Assembly: GCA_031835245.2 (NCBI GenBank)
Contig: JAVKOQ020000008.1
Span: 434,001-467,410 of the forward strand
Length of the DNA: 33,410 nucleotides
Direction of reading: 5' to 3'
From: Balamuthia mandrillaris
Taxonomy: Eukaryota
Below are positions 1 through 9,659 of this stretch, piece after piece. How positions within the stretch are numbered: position 1 is the stretch's first letter; each line of letters starts with the position of its first letter. A program made the position numbers and the translations under genes. Below the pieces are notes generated by a model. The model did no database searches. It was not told the origin of the DNA and was given only the letters and a program-made list of their open reading frames with translations.

Positions 1-2137
1 TCGCGTGTTCGGCAGCATCAATTGTCTTTTGGTGTTTTTGCTCCGACTTTTTCTTGGCTGAGTAATAAGCCTGCGCGTTGGCGTAAGCTGATAGAGAGAT
101 ATCTACATCAACCTACAACGCATTCATTCGTCAGAAGGATATAATACAGAGAACAAGAAAAGACATCGGAGAGTGAGAAAAAGAGAAAGAGAGAACGGAG
201 CGCCAGGCATAGAGGAGGGAACAGAGACAAACAATAGAGAGAACGGAAAGTACCTTGTTGCTAGCAGAAGCAACATCCTCATCGAGCCTGTGCGACAGCA
301 ACAATGTGACCTGATTCGTTTCCAGCTTGAGTCGATGCACAATGTTGGCGATGGGATCTCCATTCTTTCGTGCCTCTTTGATGATCCCCCACAGTTCGTT
401 CCAATCGACTCCCCGAGAGAGCTCCGTACGCATAATCATGATGGCTGCTTCTACGTCTTCTAAGTTCTCCTCGATTAGCCGAGCTTTGTCCACGTTCTCC
501 AGTTGAGCCTTCTTCAACGATTGGATACGGCGCGTCTGATCTTCTTTCACTTTATCCAGCTTCTTAATAACGACACCTTCCTGAGCAACGCGTTGCTCCT
601 CTATTCGTTGCGCCTCTATTTGAGAGAAAAAGGTGTCGACAGCACGGTCGAAGGAGTCGTATTCCAGAAAAGGTTGTCCTTCAAACTGCTTGTAAAGAAA
701 AGGAACAAAGACGGAGAATGCTTGTTGTTCTTGTTGCGGTGCAGTTTCTCCTTGTTCTTTGTTTTCTGTTTCTGTTTCTGTTTCTTTATCCTTTTCTTTC
801 GCTTGCTCTTCCCGCTCCTCATCTTTGGTTTGTTTGTTGCCTTTCTTTTTCTGAGCTCTGCTCTGAGCTCCTTTCTTGTTGGCTGCTTGACCCTTAGGTG
901 TTTTCAAGATAATATAACCCTGTGGAGTACCAAGAAAAACAAGCATAAGAAAAAGAAGAGAGCAAGAGGAGGTTTAGGTTTATAACTAATGAGAACCTTT
1001 AGTGGTTGGTCGTACAAGGAGGTCGCGTCAGCAATAGCACAGAGCAATGGTTCGCTGAAAGCAGGATCTGTAACCAATAACATAGTTGAGTTGACAGCAA
1101 AACAATATCTTGAAAGCAAATGGGTGAGTACTAACCCCATTCAGAAATCTTGAGGCCGGGTTTCAGCCCAGCTGTCAATATCAAATGCTCCACCAACGTA
1201 GGCCCAAAGTCTGTGGTTCATCAGTGAAAAAAAAGATGGGTGTTATCAGAGAGAACGAGGGATAGAAGCGCAGAATGAGAAGCGAGCAGCATAGAACATG
1301 AGAAACCGAGAAGAGAAGAGAGAAATAAAGACGAGGAAAGAGAAGCTGAGAACAAGAGAAAGAGCAGGCAGAAGAAGTGAGGAAAGAGAAGAGAGAACGA
1401 GAAGAGACGAGAACATACCAAGTTTGCTGTTCAGCAAATGCCTCAACTCCATCTTGCTCCTCTTCTCCTCCTCCACGCTGGCCAACATCTGCTCCAACTT
1501 CTCCTGCCCCACCGGCGCCAACACATGAGCCAGATGCACCGGATACTTATGCCCAGGCGCAATGTTGTACGACGTCTCTCCTTCTCCTCCACCGTCTCCT
1601 CCTCCAGCAGCGCCAGCTTCAAACTTGTAAGGACGAAGCAAGGCCAGGATGACATAGTCCTTGTCGGTGAGGATGATGTTGCCCTGGGAGTAGAGCTCGA
1701 GGATCAGGTGGTGCTCGGCGGGGCCGCTGCCCACCGTAAAGTCGATGACACGATCCACTCCCAACTGCTTCACCTCTTCGATGCGTTTGGTTCGAATGTG
1801 TTTTCTCAACTGCACTTAAAAAAATAATGAATGAATGAATGAATGAATGAATGAATGAAACGAAAAAGAAGAAGAGAAGGGGGGAAGAAAAAGAGAAAAA
1901 AAAAACAACCCTGAGCGCAAAGACGGAAGGGACGTTGTGGTGCTCGCGTTGGAACTGGGTGGTGTGCACGCGGATGGCGGACTCGACCAGGAGAAAGGCC
2001 TTTCGGTCGGGCAGCGCCAATTTGAAGAGGTAGGTTTTGGGGGCGAGGTCGTAGACGTTGGCCACGCGCAGCCCGACGACCTTGCTACGCAGGTCGCAGA
2101 CCATGGCGTGAGTGTCCAGCGACGAGAACCTCTTCAT
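1..2137 (-). CDS. NEMF: Ribosome quality control subunit NEMF/Rqc2 (Tae2); 5' part, runs off the left edge
   Basis: NFACT-N start MKRFSSLD..LRSKVVGLRVANVYDL..YLFKL; LRKHIRTKRIEEVKQLGVDRVIDF; HLILELYSQGNIILTD; SFDRAVDTFFS; VDVDISLSAYANAQAYY. GT-AG exons 2137-1910, 1809-1419, 1210-1136, 1067-997, 919-254 and 112-<1 join in frame. Confidence 0.95.
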
Positions 2138-2389
2138 CTCTCTCTCTCCCTCTCTTCTGATTTGATTTCTTTTATTTTTCTTCTTTTTTTTTCTTTCTTT
2201 TCAGCGCAACGTTTATTTTATGCGGACATCTCTACAAAAAAATACCTCGACCGAGTCCCACCTTAATCACAAATGACGTCATGCAGTGGGTTTTTATGTG
2301 CTTCTGCGTGACGTGTCGAAGGGAGTTGCACTTTCGGGCCGCGCCAAAACCGTCTAAACTTATGCAACAGGACTCGACCGTTTTGTTTT

Positions 2390-3439
2390 TCACATTTCTT
2401 CCCAGTTGCAACAACCAAAGGGGCAACACTCGCCGATGTCGAGGTCCACCTCGGGAGGGTCCCACCGTTCATCGTTGTCCACCTGTTCGTAGTCGAACCA
2501 CTGTTCATCCTCTCCTTGAACAAAGCAGTAGAACATCTCATCCATCCATTCAATCCATCCTTGCGCATCTTGTTCTTCCATTCCTTGCTCGCCAGGTTGG
2601 CCCTCCTGTTTGCCGTCTTGTTTTCTCATCTTTCTTCTTCTTTTCCTCTGTTGTTGGCCAGCAGCGACCAAGCCTTGTTCCACGCATTCGTGATAGTCCA
2701 GCATTCCTTCTCTGGCGTCCTCCACTTGTTCCTCCCAAATGACTCGTTCTGACAACGCTTTGAAGGCGTCTTTGGGTGGAGCGAATCGTAGCTTCTCGTC
2801 AAGCGCCTTGGGAAGTCGTAGCTCCTTTAGCCATCCTTTCATCACTCCTCTAGTTATCTTATTTACATTTTCTCCTTCTTCTTGTTCTTCTTCTTCTGTC
2901 TCTCGTTGGTTCTTTGTATTCCACTTTTCGCGTTGTTGCTGAAAGTAAGGGCGAACCACGTAGTCATAGAAGGCAAACGGTCTTCTGATCACCATCCCTT
3001 CCACGCTAAAGTACTTTGCACCATCCGCCACTTCCTCTCCCCCTTCTGCTCTCAACATCTTCATCAGGTAATGCGTTCTCCTGTTCCTTGCATCCAAGCC
3101 ATCCCTCCATGCTTTATGGGTGGACATTGGAACGTTTTTCTTCGCCCCCTCCTCCTCAGCTTCATATGTTCCCCTCTTCCTTGAGGTGATGGCCGCACGT
3201 TGTTGCAGCCGCCACTGCTCCACAGCAAAGCTGAGGCGACGCCAGAGATGAGAGACAAAGGCGCAGCGGCAGAGAGCCGGCCAGTCCAAGAACGAAAAAA
3301 CGTGGTGGAGGAGCTCCTCCGGGAGCAGGAGGTGCAGCAAGGACTGGCTGGTGGCTTCTTGCGGGTCGAAGGAGGTATCCAAGTCCCGCGAGAGCAGGAA
3401 CTTTATCCTCTGTCCTCTGGCGTTACGGTGCGGCTGCAT
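2390..3439 (-). CDS. F-box protein fused to a CCDC97-like (DUF2052) region, 349 aa, single exon
   Basis: F-box LLPEELLHHVFSFLDWPALCRCAFVSHLWRRL. CCDC97-like motifs RNRRTHYL..KYFSVEGMVIRRPFAFYDYV and WMDEMFYCFVQGEDEQWFDYEQVDNDERWD. Confidence 0.8.
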   Translation of the reverse strand: MQPHRNARGQRIKFLLSRDLDTSFDPQEATSQSLLHLLLPEELLHHVFSFLDWPALCRCAFVSHLWRRLSFAVEQWRLQQRAAITSRKRGTYEAEEEGAKKNVPMSTHKAWRDGLDARNRRTHYLMKMLRAEGGEEVADGAKYFSVEGMVIRRPFAFYDYVVRPYFQQQREKWNTKNQRETEEEEQEEGENVNKITRGVMKGWLKELRLPKALDEKLRFAPPKDAFKALSERVIWEEQVEDAREGMLDYHECVEQGLVAAGQQQRKRRRKMRKQDGKQEGQPGEQGMEEQDAQGWIEWMDEMFYCFVQGEDEQWFDYEQVDNDERWDPPEVDLDIGECCPFGCCNWEEM

Positions 3440-3484
3440 GCTGCGGTTGGGCAGTCCCGTCGTCTTCTTCTCTTGGTAAAATTT

Positions 3485-3563
3485 TGATCGGAAGATAAAA
3501 GATCATGGTGGTGCTGCCATCCGATATGGAAATTGGACAGAGAGTGCCCGCCCCCGTTTTCAT
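3485..3563 (+). repeat. Left inverted repeat of the transposon
   Basis: TGATCGGAAGATAAAAGATCATGGTGGTGCT...AATTGGACAGAGAGTGCCCGCCCCCGTTTTCAT. Confidence 0.88.
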
Positions 3564-3761
3564 GCTGATGTCATCACAGCAAGGCATGACACAGATCAAG
3601 TACACATGCCGTTTCCGTGAAATTCCGATCACAGTTTTTTTTTGTCGAGCAGACAAAATGAGTGGTGTCCGTGCGGACAAGGTTTTGTGTGTCTCTTCCT
3701 GCTAGTTGGACAGGGCAGGCTGTCCACATTTTTTGTGGACACTACTGCGAAGAAAAAGATC

Positions 3762-4067
3762 ATGGATGAGAGGAGGGAGTACTTTCGGTTGAAGAAGCAA
3801 CAACAACGAGCCAAAAAGAAACGAGAAAGGAAGGAAAGGGAAGAAGAGGAACAACAGCTGCAAGAAGAAGCTCAACTGAAGTGTATAAAAAGGCGAGCAC
3901 AAAAAAATGCTTCAGACCGTCGTCGCCGAGCATGGGCAAAAGCATCTTCCATCCAAGACCAACGGCTGGGTTTGCCTTCAGGTTTGTCTTTATCTTTGGC
4001 TTCTCATTCCTTGCCTCCCTTTTACCTTCTTCTCTTTTGCTTTTGACCTCACCCTCTTCACCTTCAG

Positions 4068-4098
<31 letters not shown>

Positions 4099-5788
4099 CT
4101 CGCCCTCGCCCTCGCCCTCGCCCTCGCCCTCGCCCTCGCCCTCGCCCTCAAAGGAATTTGGGGACTTACAAGACTTTTGGAAAGCAAAGCTACTGAGAAG
4201 AAAACAACAATTAACAAGACAACAGGTACCATTGGAGACTTTGGGCCTTGATTGTTGTTTTGTTAATTGTTGTTTTCTTTAGCAAATCCTTGAGGAGCTT
4301 CAGCAACAACTAGAAAAGCATAACATGCTACAGAAACGGCTCAAAGAACTTCTCCATAGCCTGAACCATAATACTCCATTCCGTCGCCAACTATTAGCAG
4401 AGTTAACACAGGATTGGGTGAAAGAAGATGTTGTCAATACCTTTGAAATAAGTGAGCGCAGTGTTGAGTGAGGAAGAGCAGAACTTGTTGATGCATCTCC
4501 ACGTATTTGGAATATTGTTCAGCGAGCCCCTGGCATTGAGCAACAACGTCGAGTGTTAGCTAAGAGACACTTTTGGGAAATCGTGGAAGACATTGCCCCA
4601 TGTCCCTCTGGAAGAAAGTATCATGTGTATGTGGGAACTAAAAGTGCATTCTATGAGGCCTATCTTCGAGAACATCAACAACGAGGCTTTATCGAGGCAT
4701 CATTATCAAAAACAGAAGTACTGTACCATTTGTTAGCACGACGGCGAGCAAGAAATGTTGAAGAAGCAGAAAGGCTAATTCGGTTCCATTGGAAGAGAAA
4801 AGCAAAGTGGTGTAATAAGTGTCAGCGCTACAACGAATTATCCGGCAAAGTGAACAGTAATGTTTTACTCGATGAAGCTGAGGTGAAAGAGATGGAAAAG
4901 CTTAGAGATCATCATGGCTTGCAATATGCACAACGTTCACATTACCTCAAAACTAAAAGCTTGCTGCAGCCTAGAGAGATCCTTGTCTTGCAAGACTTCA
5001 CCCAGCTACAGACAGAATCTGGTGGCTTTTTCCAAGACCTGATTATTGTGTGGTTTCAAAGAGCAAGCAACGGACCTGACCTGCAGAGCAACTATTATCA
5101 CTTTTTAACAGATGAGCAAGAGGCAGTAAAGGTTGATGGAAAAAAAGAGAAGCAGCGTTATTCAGCTGATCAAACCTTTGTCGCTGGAGTATGGCAACAG
5201 CTTTTGGATACCACTTGGAAAGACGTCAAGAGCTTCATCATCTTCTCCGATGGCTGCGGGCGACAGTTCAAGTGTACGAAGCATATGATTTGGCTAAGAG
5301 GATTAGCGGTTACCAGGCAGTTGGTCTTTGAGTATCACTTCTTCGCCTCGAACCATGGGCAAAATTCTTGTGATGCAGCTGGAGCACAAGCACAACGCAC
5401 CATAGTTTGTTGGGAGCTCAACCAAGTTGCACAAGGAAAAAGCGCCGAGCTAAAACAACCAAGTTCAGTGGTGCAAGTCATAGCCAAAACCAAAGGACAC
5501 AAGGCGACAATAGCACCTCAACCAGTGGAAATCGGGAGCGTACCTACAAGAGCTGGCCTCAAGGAATGGCACCGAGTGCGTTATACACCAGATGGTTTCC
5601 TGACTGTTTGGCATGCCTCTACTGATGAACTGCCTCGTGGGATCTTGGAACTCAGCCAACGTGGCAGTCTTACACTCACGAAAGGTGCTGAAGCAGCAAA
5701 GGCACGAGCAGCAGCTAAGCAACAACCCCTTCCTCGTCCAGCCTCGTGGTCTCCTCCTCCTTCTACTGACCAACTTTTTTCCGTTTGA
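3762..5788 (+). pseudogene. Sola2-like transposase, 3 predicted exons, interrupted by an in-frame TGA at 4469-4471
   Basis: Exons 3762-3981, 4068-4225 and 4283-5788 join in frame (628 codons). Motifs: HTH-like VVNTFEISERSVE*GR, WCNKC, and three acidic catalytic motifs VLQDFTQ / IIFSDGCGRQFK / YHFFASNHGQNSCDAAG. Confidence 0.75.
4070..4147 (+). repeat. (TCGCCC)13 hexamer repeat, encoding (Ser-Pro)13 in predicted transposase exon 2
   Basis: Perfect tandem hexamer seen directly. Confidence 0.95.
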
Positions 5789-6024
5789 TTTTGTGTTGCT
5801 CCTCATGTCAAAACAACAAAGGCTCCTCACGCCATGTACAGTTGATCTGTGGCATGGCCATCCCACCACCGCGGAACGGAAAAGTTATGCACCACCCTTC
5901 CTTTGGCTGCACCGAAGGAGGACGCTAGGCCCTGCTTCTTGGATACCAGCTGTTACCTCCTTGGCAACGTTTCATGAACGCAATGTATGGGAAACGAAGG
6001 TTCATTTGCGGGTCTTCCGCTTAA

Positions 6025-6104
6025 ATGCAAACGGTTGCGGGCGCTCTCTGTCCAATTCGCATACCGAGCAGCAAGCACCACCCTGATCTTTTATCTTCCG
6101 ATCA
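6025..6104 (-). repeat. Right inverted repeat of the transposon
   Basis: Reverse complement reads TGATCGGAAGATAAAAGATCAGGGTGGTGCT...AATTGGACAGAGAGCGCCCGCAACCGTTTGCAT. Confidence 0.88.
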
Positions 6105-6277
6105 GCTATTTCATTTTCGTGGAGCATTTGCGCCATGTGCAGGACATTCAGGTATTCTGGTTCGAAGCTCTCTCCAACGAAACGAGGTAGAGCCCATCCA
6201 TACACGCGCGCTGTACTAGTTGCTTGCGGCTCTGCTCTCCCTCTCTTGCTTTGTTTTTTTTTTTTTTTTCCTGAACC

Positions 6278-6733
6278 ATGACGTCGCAGGCGACCAAGGC
6301 CGTCAAAGAGTTCACTTCCTCATGGCCCTCAGCAAAACCTCTCGAAAGAGGGAGCCCAAAGCTGGAGCTGGAGCAGTGCGCCACCCATGGCATTCATGTC
6401 TTTCGCCTGGCGCACGGCCGTACCACCAACTCACGCATGAGGGCCATTCTACCCGCCGACACGACCCTGCGTGAGGCCAAGAACCGTTTGGGCGAGGACC
6501 TCTCGCAGCCGCACCTTACGGACGACCATGGCTATGAGTACCACGAGGCCGACCTGGACCAACCGCTTTGGAAGTTCAGCCACCATTGCGTGTTGCACCT
6601 CAACTTTTCCTTTGACGATGCAAACAGCCTGAAAAGCCTTGGAGAAGCGGTGATAACGACAGTAGGGTCCCGCGCGCAACAGGCAAGGAACCTAACGAAA
6701 GAAGTGGCAAAACCGCTGTTGAACAGATTATAA
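6278..6733 (+). CDS. Hypothetical protein, 151 aa, possible ubiquitin-like (beta-grasp) domain
   Basis: ATG-started non-repetitive ORF with GC-rich codons, followed by AATAAA near 6768. Pattern IHVFRL..RMRAILPADTTLREAKNRL..LTDDHGYEY..DLDQPLWKF..VLHLNF. Confidence 0.6.
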   Translation: MTSQATKAVKEFTSSWPSAKPLERGSPKLELEQCATHGIHVFRLAHGRTTNSRMRAILPADTTLREAKNRLGEDLSQPHLTDDHGYEYHEADLDQPLWKFSHHCVLHLNFSFDDANSLKSLGEAVITTVGSRAQQARNLTKEVAKPLLNRL

Positions 6734-6810
6734 GTTATTGTTGGGGTTCATTTTTGCTGCCTCAGCGAATAAAAAAAAAATTAAAAAAAAAATAAAAAAA
6801 GAAAGCAAGC

Positions 6811-7016
6811 ATGACCTCCTCGGTGGTGCATGTCGGCATAACGTGCGATAGCTGCGGCGTCAGTCCCATCCAGGTACAAACACACCAGCCTGTTTTTTTG
6901 CAAACTTTTATGTTTTGTTCTCACACACACATGACAAAAGGGAGTGCGTTACAAATGTGGTCATTGCCGTGACTTTGGTCTCCTCTCTTTGCTCTTTGCT
7001 CTTTCTCTCTCTCTCT

Positions 7017-7065
<49 letters not shown>

Positions 7066-7353
7066 GTCGTTTCTCTTTCGTCGTTTCTCTTTCGTCGTTT
7101 CTCTTTCTCTTTCGTCGTTTCTCTTTCTCTTTCTCCTTAGTTTCTCTTCCTAACAAAACTTTAAAAAATATAAGATCTGTGCAGTACATGCGAAAGCAAC
7201 TCGGGGAGTACGCACGACCAGAACCACGTCTTCCTGAAGATCAAACGACCCTTCCCTTCGACTGCCTCTCAAGTCGGCCCTTATCTTCCCAACTTTTACG
7301 ACGACAGCAGCACCCTTCCTCGTCCTGTTGTTCGCCCTGCTTACAGAGACTAA
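6811..7353 (+). CDS. Stand-alone ZZ-type zinc finger protein, 92 aa, 3 exons (not in the ORF track)
   Basis: Exons 6811-6873, 6941-6977 and 7175-7353 give MTSSVVHVGITCDSCGVSPIQ-GVRYKCGHCRDF-DLCSTCESNSGSTHDQNHVFLKIKRPFP...PYLPNFY...YRD*. Confidence 0.88.
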
Positions 7354-7395
7354 CAAGTTCTTTTTCGTTTCAGACCTTCTTGTTCTGTTGCATCT

Positions 7396-7541
7396 TGTTC
7401 TTGTTCTTCTTCTTCTTCTTCTTCTTCTTCTTGTTCTTCTTCTTCTTCTTCTTCTTCTTCTTCTTCTTCTTCTTCTTCTTCTTCTTCTTCTTCTTCTTCT
7501 TCTGTTCTTCTTCTTCTTCTTGTTCTTCTTCTTGTTCTTCT
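7396..7541. repeat. (CTT)n microsatellite between convergent genes
   Basis: Seen directly. Confidence 0.9.
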
Positions 7542-7669
7542 GCTAGGAGAGAAGAAAGAGAGCAAAGAGAGAAAATAAAAGAGAGAAGAAGGAGCAACTT
7601 GTAGAGACCATGGAACAAGGAAGAAGACAGGCTTTCATGAGGAACGTTCCTTCGTTTGATCTTTGATTT

Positions 7670-7919
7670 CTACACTAAAGAGTAGACAGATTGGTTGTTA
7701 GCATAATGGTACCCTTTGCCCAGGCCATTACACGCTGCGAGGCAGCAGCAAGTGCCCACCAATCCCTCCCAAACGAAGAGTGGAGCAAATATCGATGCCC
7801 ATGACCATCCTTTCGCCTCTTCCAGGTTGATGGTCAGCAGCAACAGGAATACTTGTGTCGTTAGGAAAAGGCCCGGTAGAAGGAAGAGGTGAATAATAAG
7901 GGTCTACAGCTGAAAGCAG

Positions 7920-7960
<41 letters not shown>

Positions 7961-9659
7961 AGTTACCAAGAACAGGAATGGCAAAGATACAGCAACACCA
8001 CCCAAAGAGATTGCGATCCAAACGGAACCAAGGATGGTGCATCGGAATGCGTGACCATCGTTCTCCCACCAAGTTACAATCGCAAAAGAAGCAAGCGCTA
8101 GAGCAATACAGCGCTCCCCAAACGGCGAAAAACGGAGCGAGAGTGTACCACCAGTTCTTCCAAACGGAAAAGGAAGTGTCGTGGTTAACATCGTCCAACC
8201 GAAGGGTCACGAAGAGCAAGCCGAGAAGGAAGAGAAGGGTGGGTATCAGGACGAAGCACAGTTGACAAGTCCACAGTGATTCCTTCCCTTTTTGCCAGAG
8301 AGGGCGTACATCTAGGTCGTTGTCTCCAAATGTTCCAAACTAACAATGAACAGGAGCAGAACATAAGTATTGCAACGGACAAGCAAAGGTAGAGGAGTAG
8401 GAGGAGAAGAAGACAAAGCAGAAAGGGAGAAACGACAAGAAAGAATACAAGAAGGGTCAAAAACATACCCAAAGCAACAATAAACCAACAAACAAGAGTG
8501 GAGATATGGCAATGGTCCAGTGTGGTATCACTCCATTCAACTTCAGCAGCACCATTGCTGGAAATAGCAGCAGTGCTGTGACAATCGCCTGAAGTTTTGT
8601 CCTGAAGCAGCATCCGGATGTCAAGAGGTTCATAGCCTGGAGAACATTTTTGGCGTCTTTAACTTCACTTGGTTTTGTTGAAAGCAAAGCAAGGGAACAT
8701 ATCAGCACACAAGAGAAAGGAGAAGAAGATGAAGAAGAAGAAGGAGCAAGAGACGTACAAAGGAGGAAGGCTTGCAAAACGACAACGCAACAAGCTATAT
8801 CCTGCAAAGCCACAAAACATCTGCCCAAAACACAGCAAGAAGGGCAGGAGCACAGCAAACCAAGGCCACTCGATCCTTCCGTCCACACGCCAAAAAGACC
8901 GTCCCCACGATGAGGAACACCCACAGCACCAGGTCATGGCAAGGCGAGAAGCAGGCGGTGGTCAGGCCTCTCTCCCACCGCCCTCGTCGCAGCTCTTGCC
9001 GGCATTGGCGGCGTTGGGCTCCGTCCTGAGCCCTTGTTTGGAAGTGCTGTTGGAGGAGGGGACCCCAACGCGGGTCATCCATCAGAACCTTTTGCCATTC
9101 TTTGCATGTCTTCAAAGTGGGCATCGTAAGTCAGAGAAGAGAGCGAGGGAAGAGAGAGGCATGAGAAGAAGAGGGAAGAGAAGAGAAGAGAAGAGAAGAG
9201 AAGAGAATGGTAAAGAGAAGAAGAGAGAGACAAAGAGGGCGAGAGAACGAGAGCAGAGAGACCAACCAGAGAAGCGTTGGCCAAAGAGTGAATATCTTCC
9301 TCCAAATAACTGAATATATGAAGGCCGATCTCGGTGGGCAGTACAAAATAGGACCCAGCAGCGAGGCCTCCCCTGTTAGAAGAAGAAGACGAAGACGAAG
9401 ACGAAGACGAAGACGAAGACGAAGAAAGCAAACTTGTGGTAGAAAGAGAGGAATACAAAGCGGCAGCGGTGTTGAAGGAATATTCCTCGGTTGTTGTGGA
9501 AGAAGAGGGACCGCCGAAAGAAACGGTTGGATGGAGCGAGGAAAGGGTGTGCGGATTTTGTTGGGAGTCCTTCAGAAACAAAAAACCTTCTTCTTCCTCC
9601 CCCTCCTCCGCTTTCAGGTTCGGCAGCAACAGGCTTTCTTCGTCGTTCTCTTCTTCCAT
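7670..9659 (-). CDS. F-box + TMEM185/Fragile-X-F-like multi-pass membrane protein; apparent frameshift near 8890 (pseudogene or sequence error)
   Basis: Exons 9659-9267, 9109-8759, 8667-8469, 8339-7967 and 7851-7670. F-box LPTEIGLHIFSYL..SLANASL-TCKEWQKVL..W. Four TM-hairpin units: VDGRIEWPWFAVLLPF, LLKLNGVIPHWTIAISPL, TLRLDD..WWYTLAPFF, LTINLEEAKGWSWASIFAPLF. Confidence 0.72.

Larger units (their letters stand above)
3485..6104 (+). mobile_element. Sola2-like DNA transposon (~2.6 kb) bounded by imperfect inverted repeats
   Basis: Inverted repeats at 3485-3563 and 6025-6104 (outer 31 bp match at 30/31) enclose a DDD-type transposase. No clean target-site duplication is visible, so the exact termini are uncertain. 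Confidence 0.8.

Noticed and set aside
4469..4471. Selenocysteine or genetic-code reassignment of TGA
   Set aside because: Other genes in the window end in TGA (SEC24, BRCT gene, hydrolase), the context is not a redox motif, and no SECIS was recognised. A nonsense mutation is simpler.
4452..4481. 30-nt in-frame GT-AG intron that would remove the TGA
   Set aside because: It is far shorter than the other introns here (about 50 nt or more), purine-rich, and would delete the HTH-like helix. Not formally excluded without RNA data.
3481..6111. ATTT as a 4-bp target-site duplication (3481-3484 and 6108-6111)
   Set aside because: The right copy is offset by 3 nt from the inverted repeat end, and ATTT is common in AT-rich DNA.
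6908..7618. Poly-F/L/K/E and (SL)n ORFs
   Set aside because: Translations of (CT)n and (CTT)n tracts in the ZZ intron and downstream intergenic DNA.
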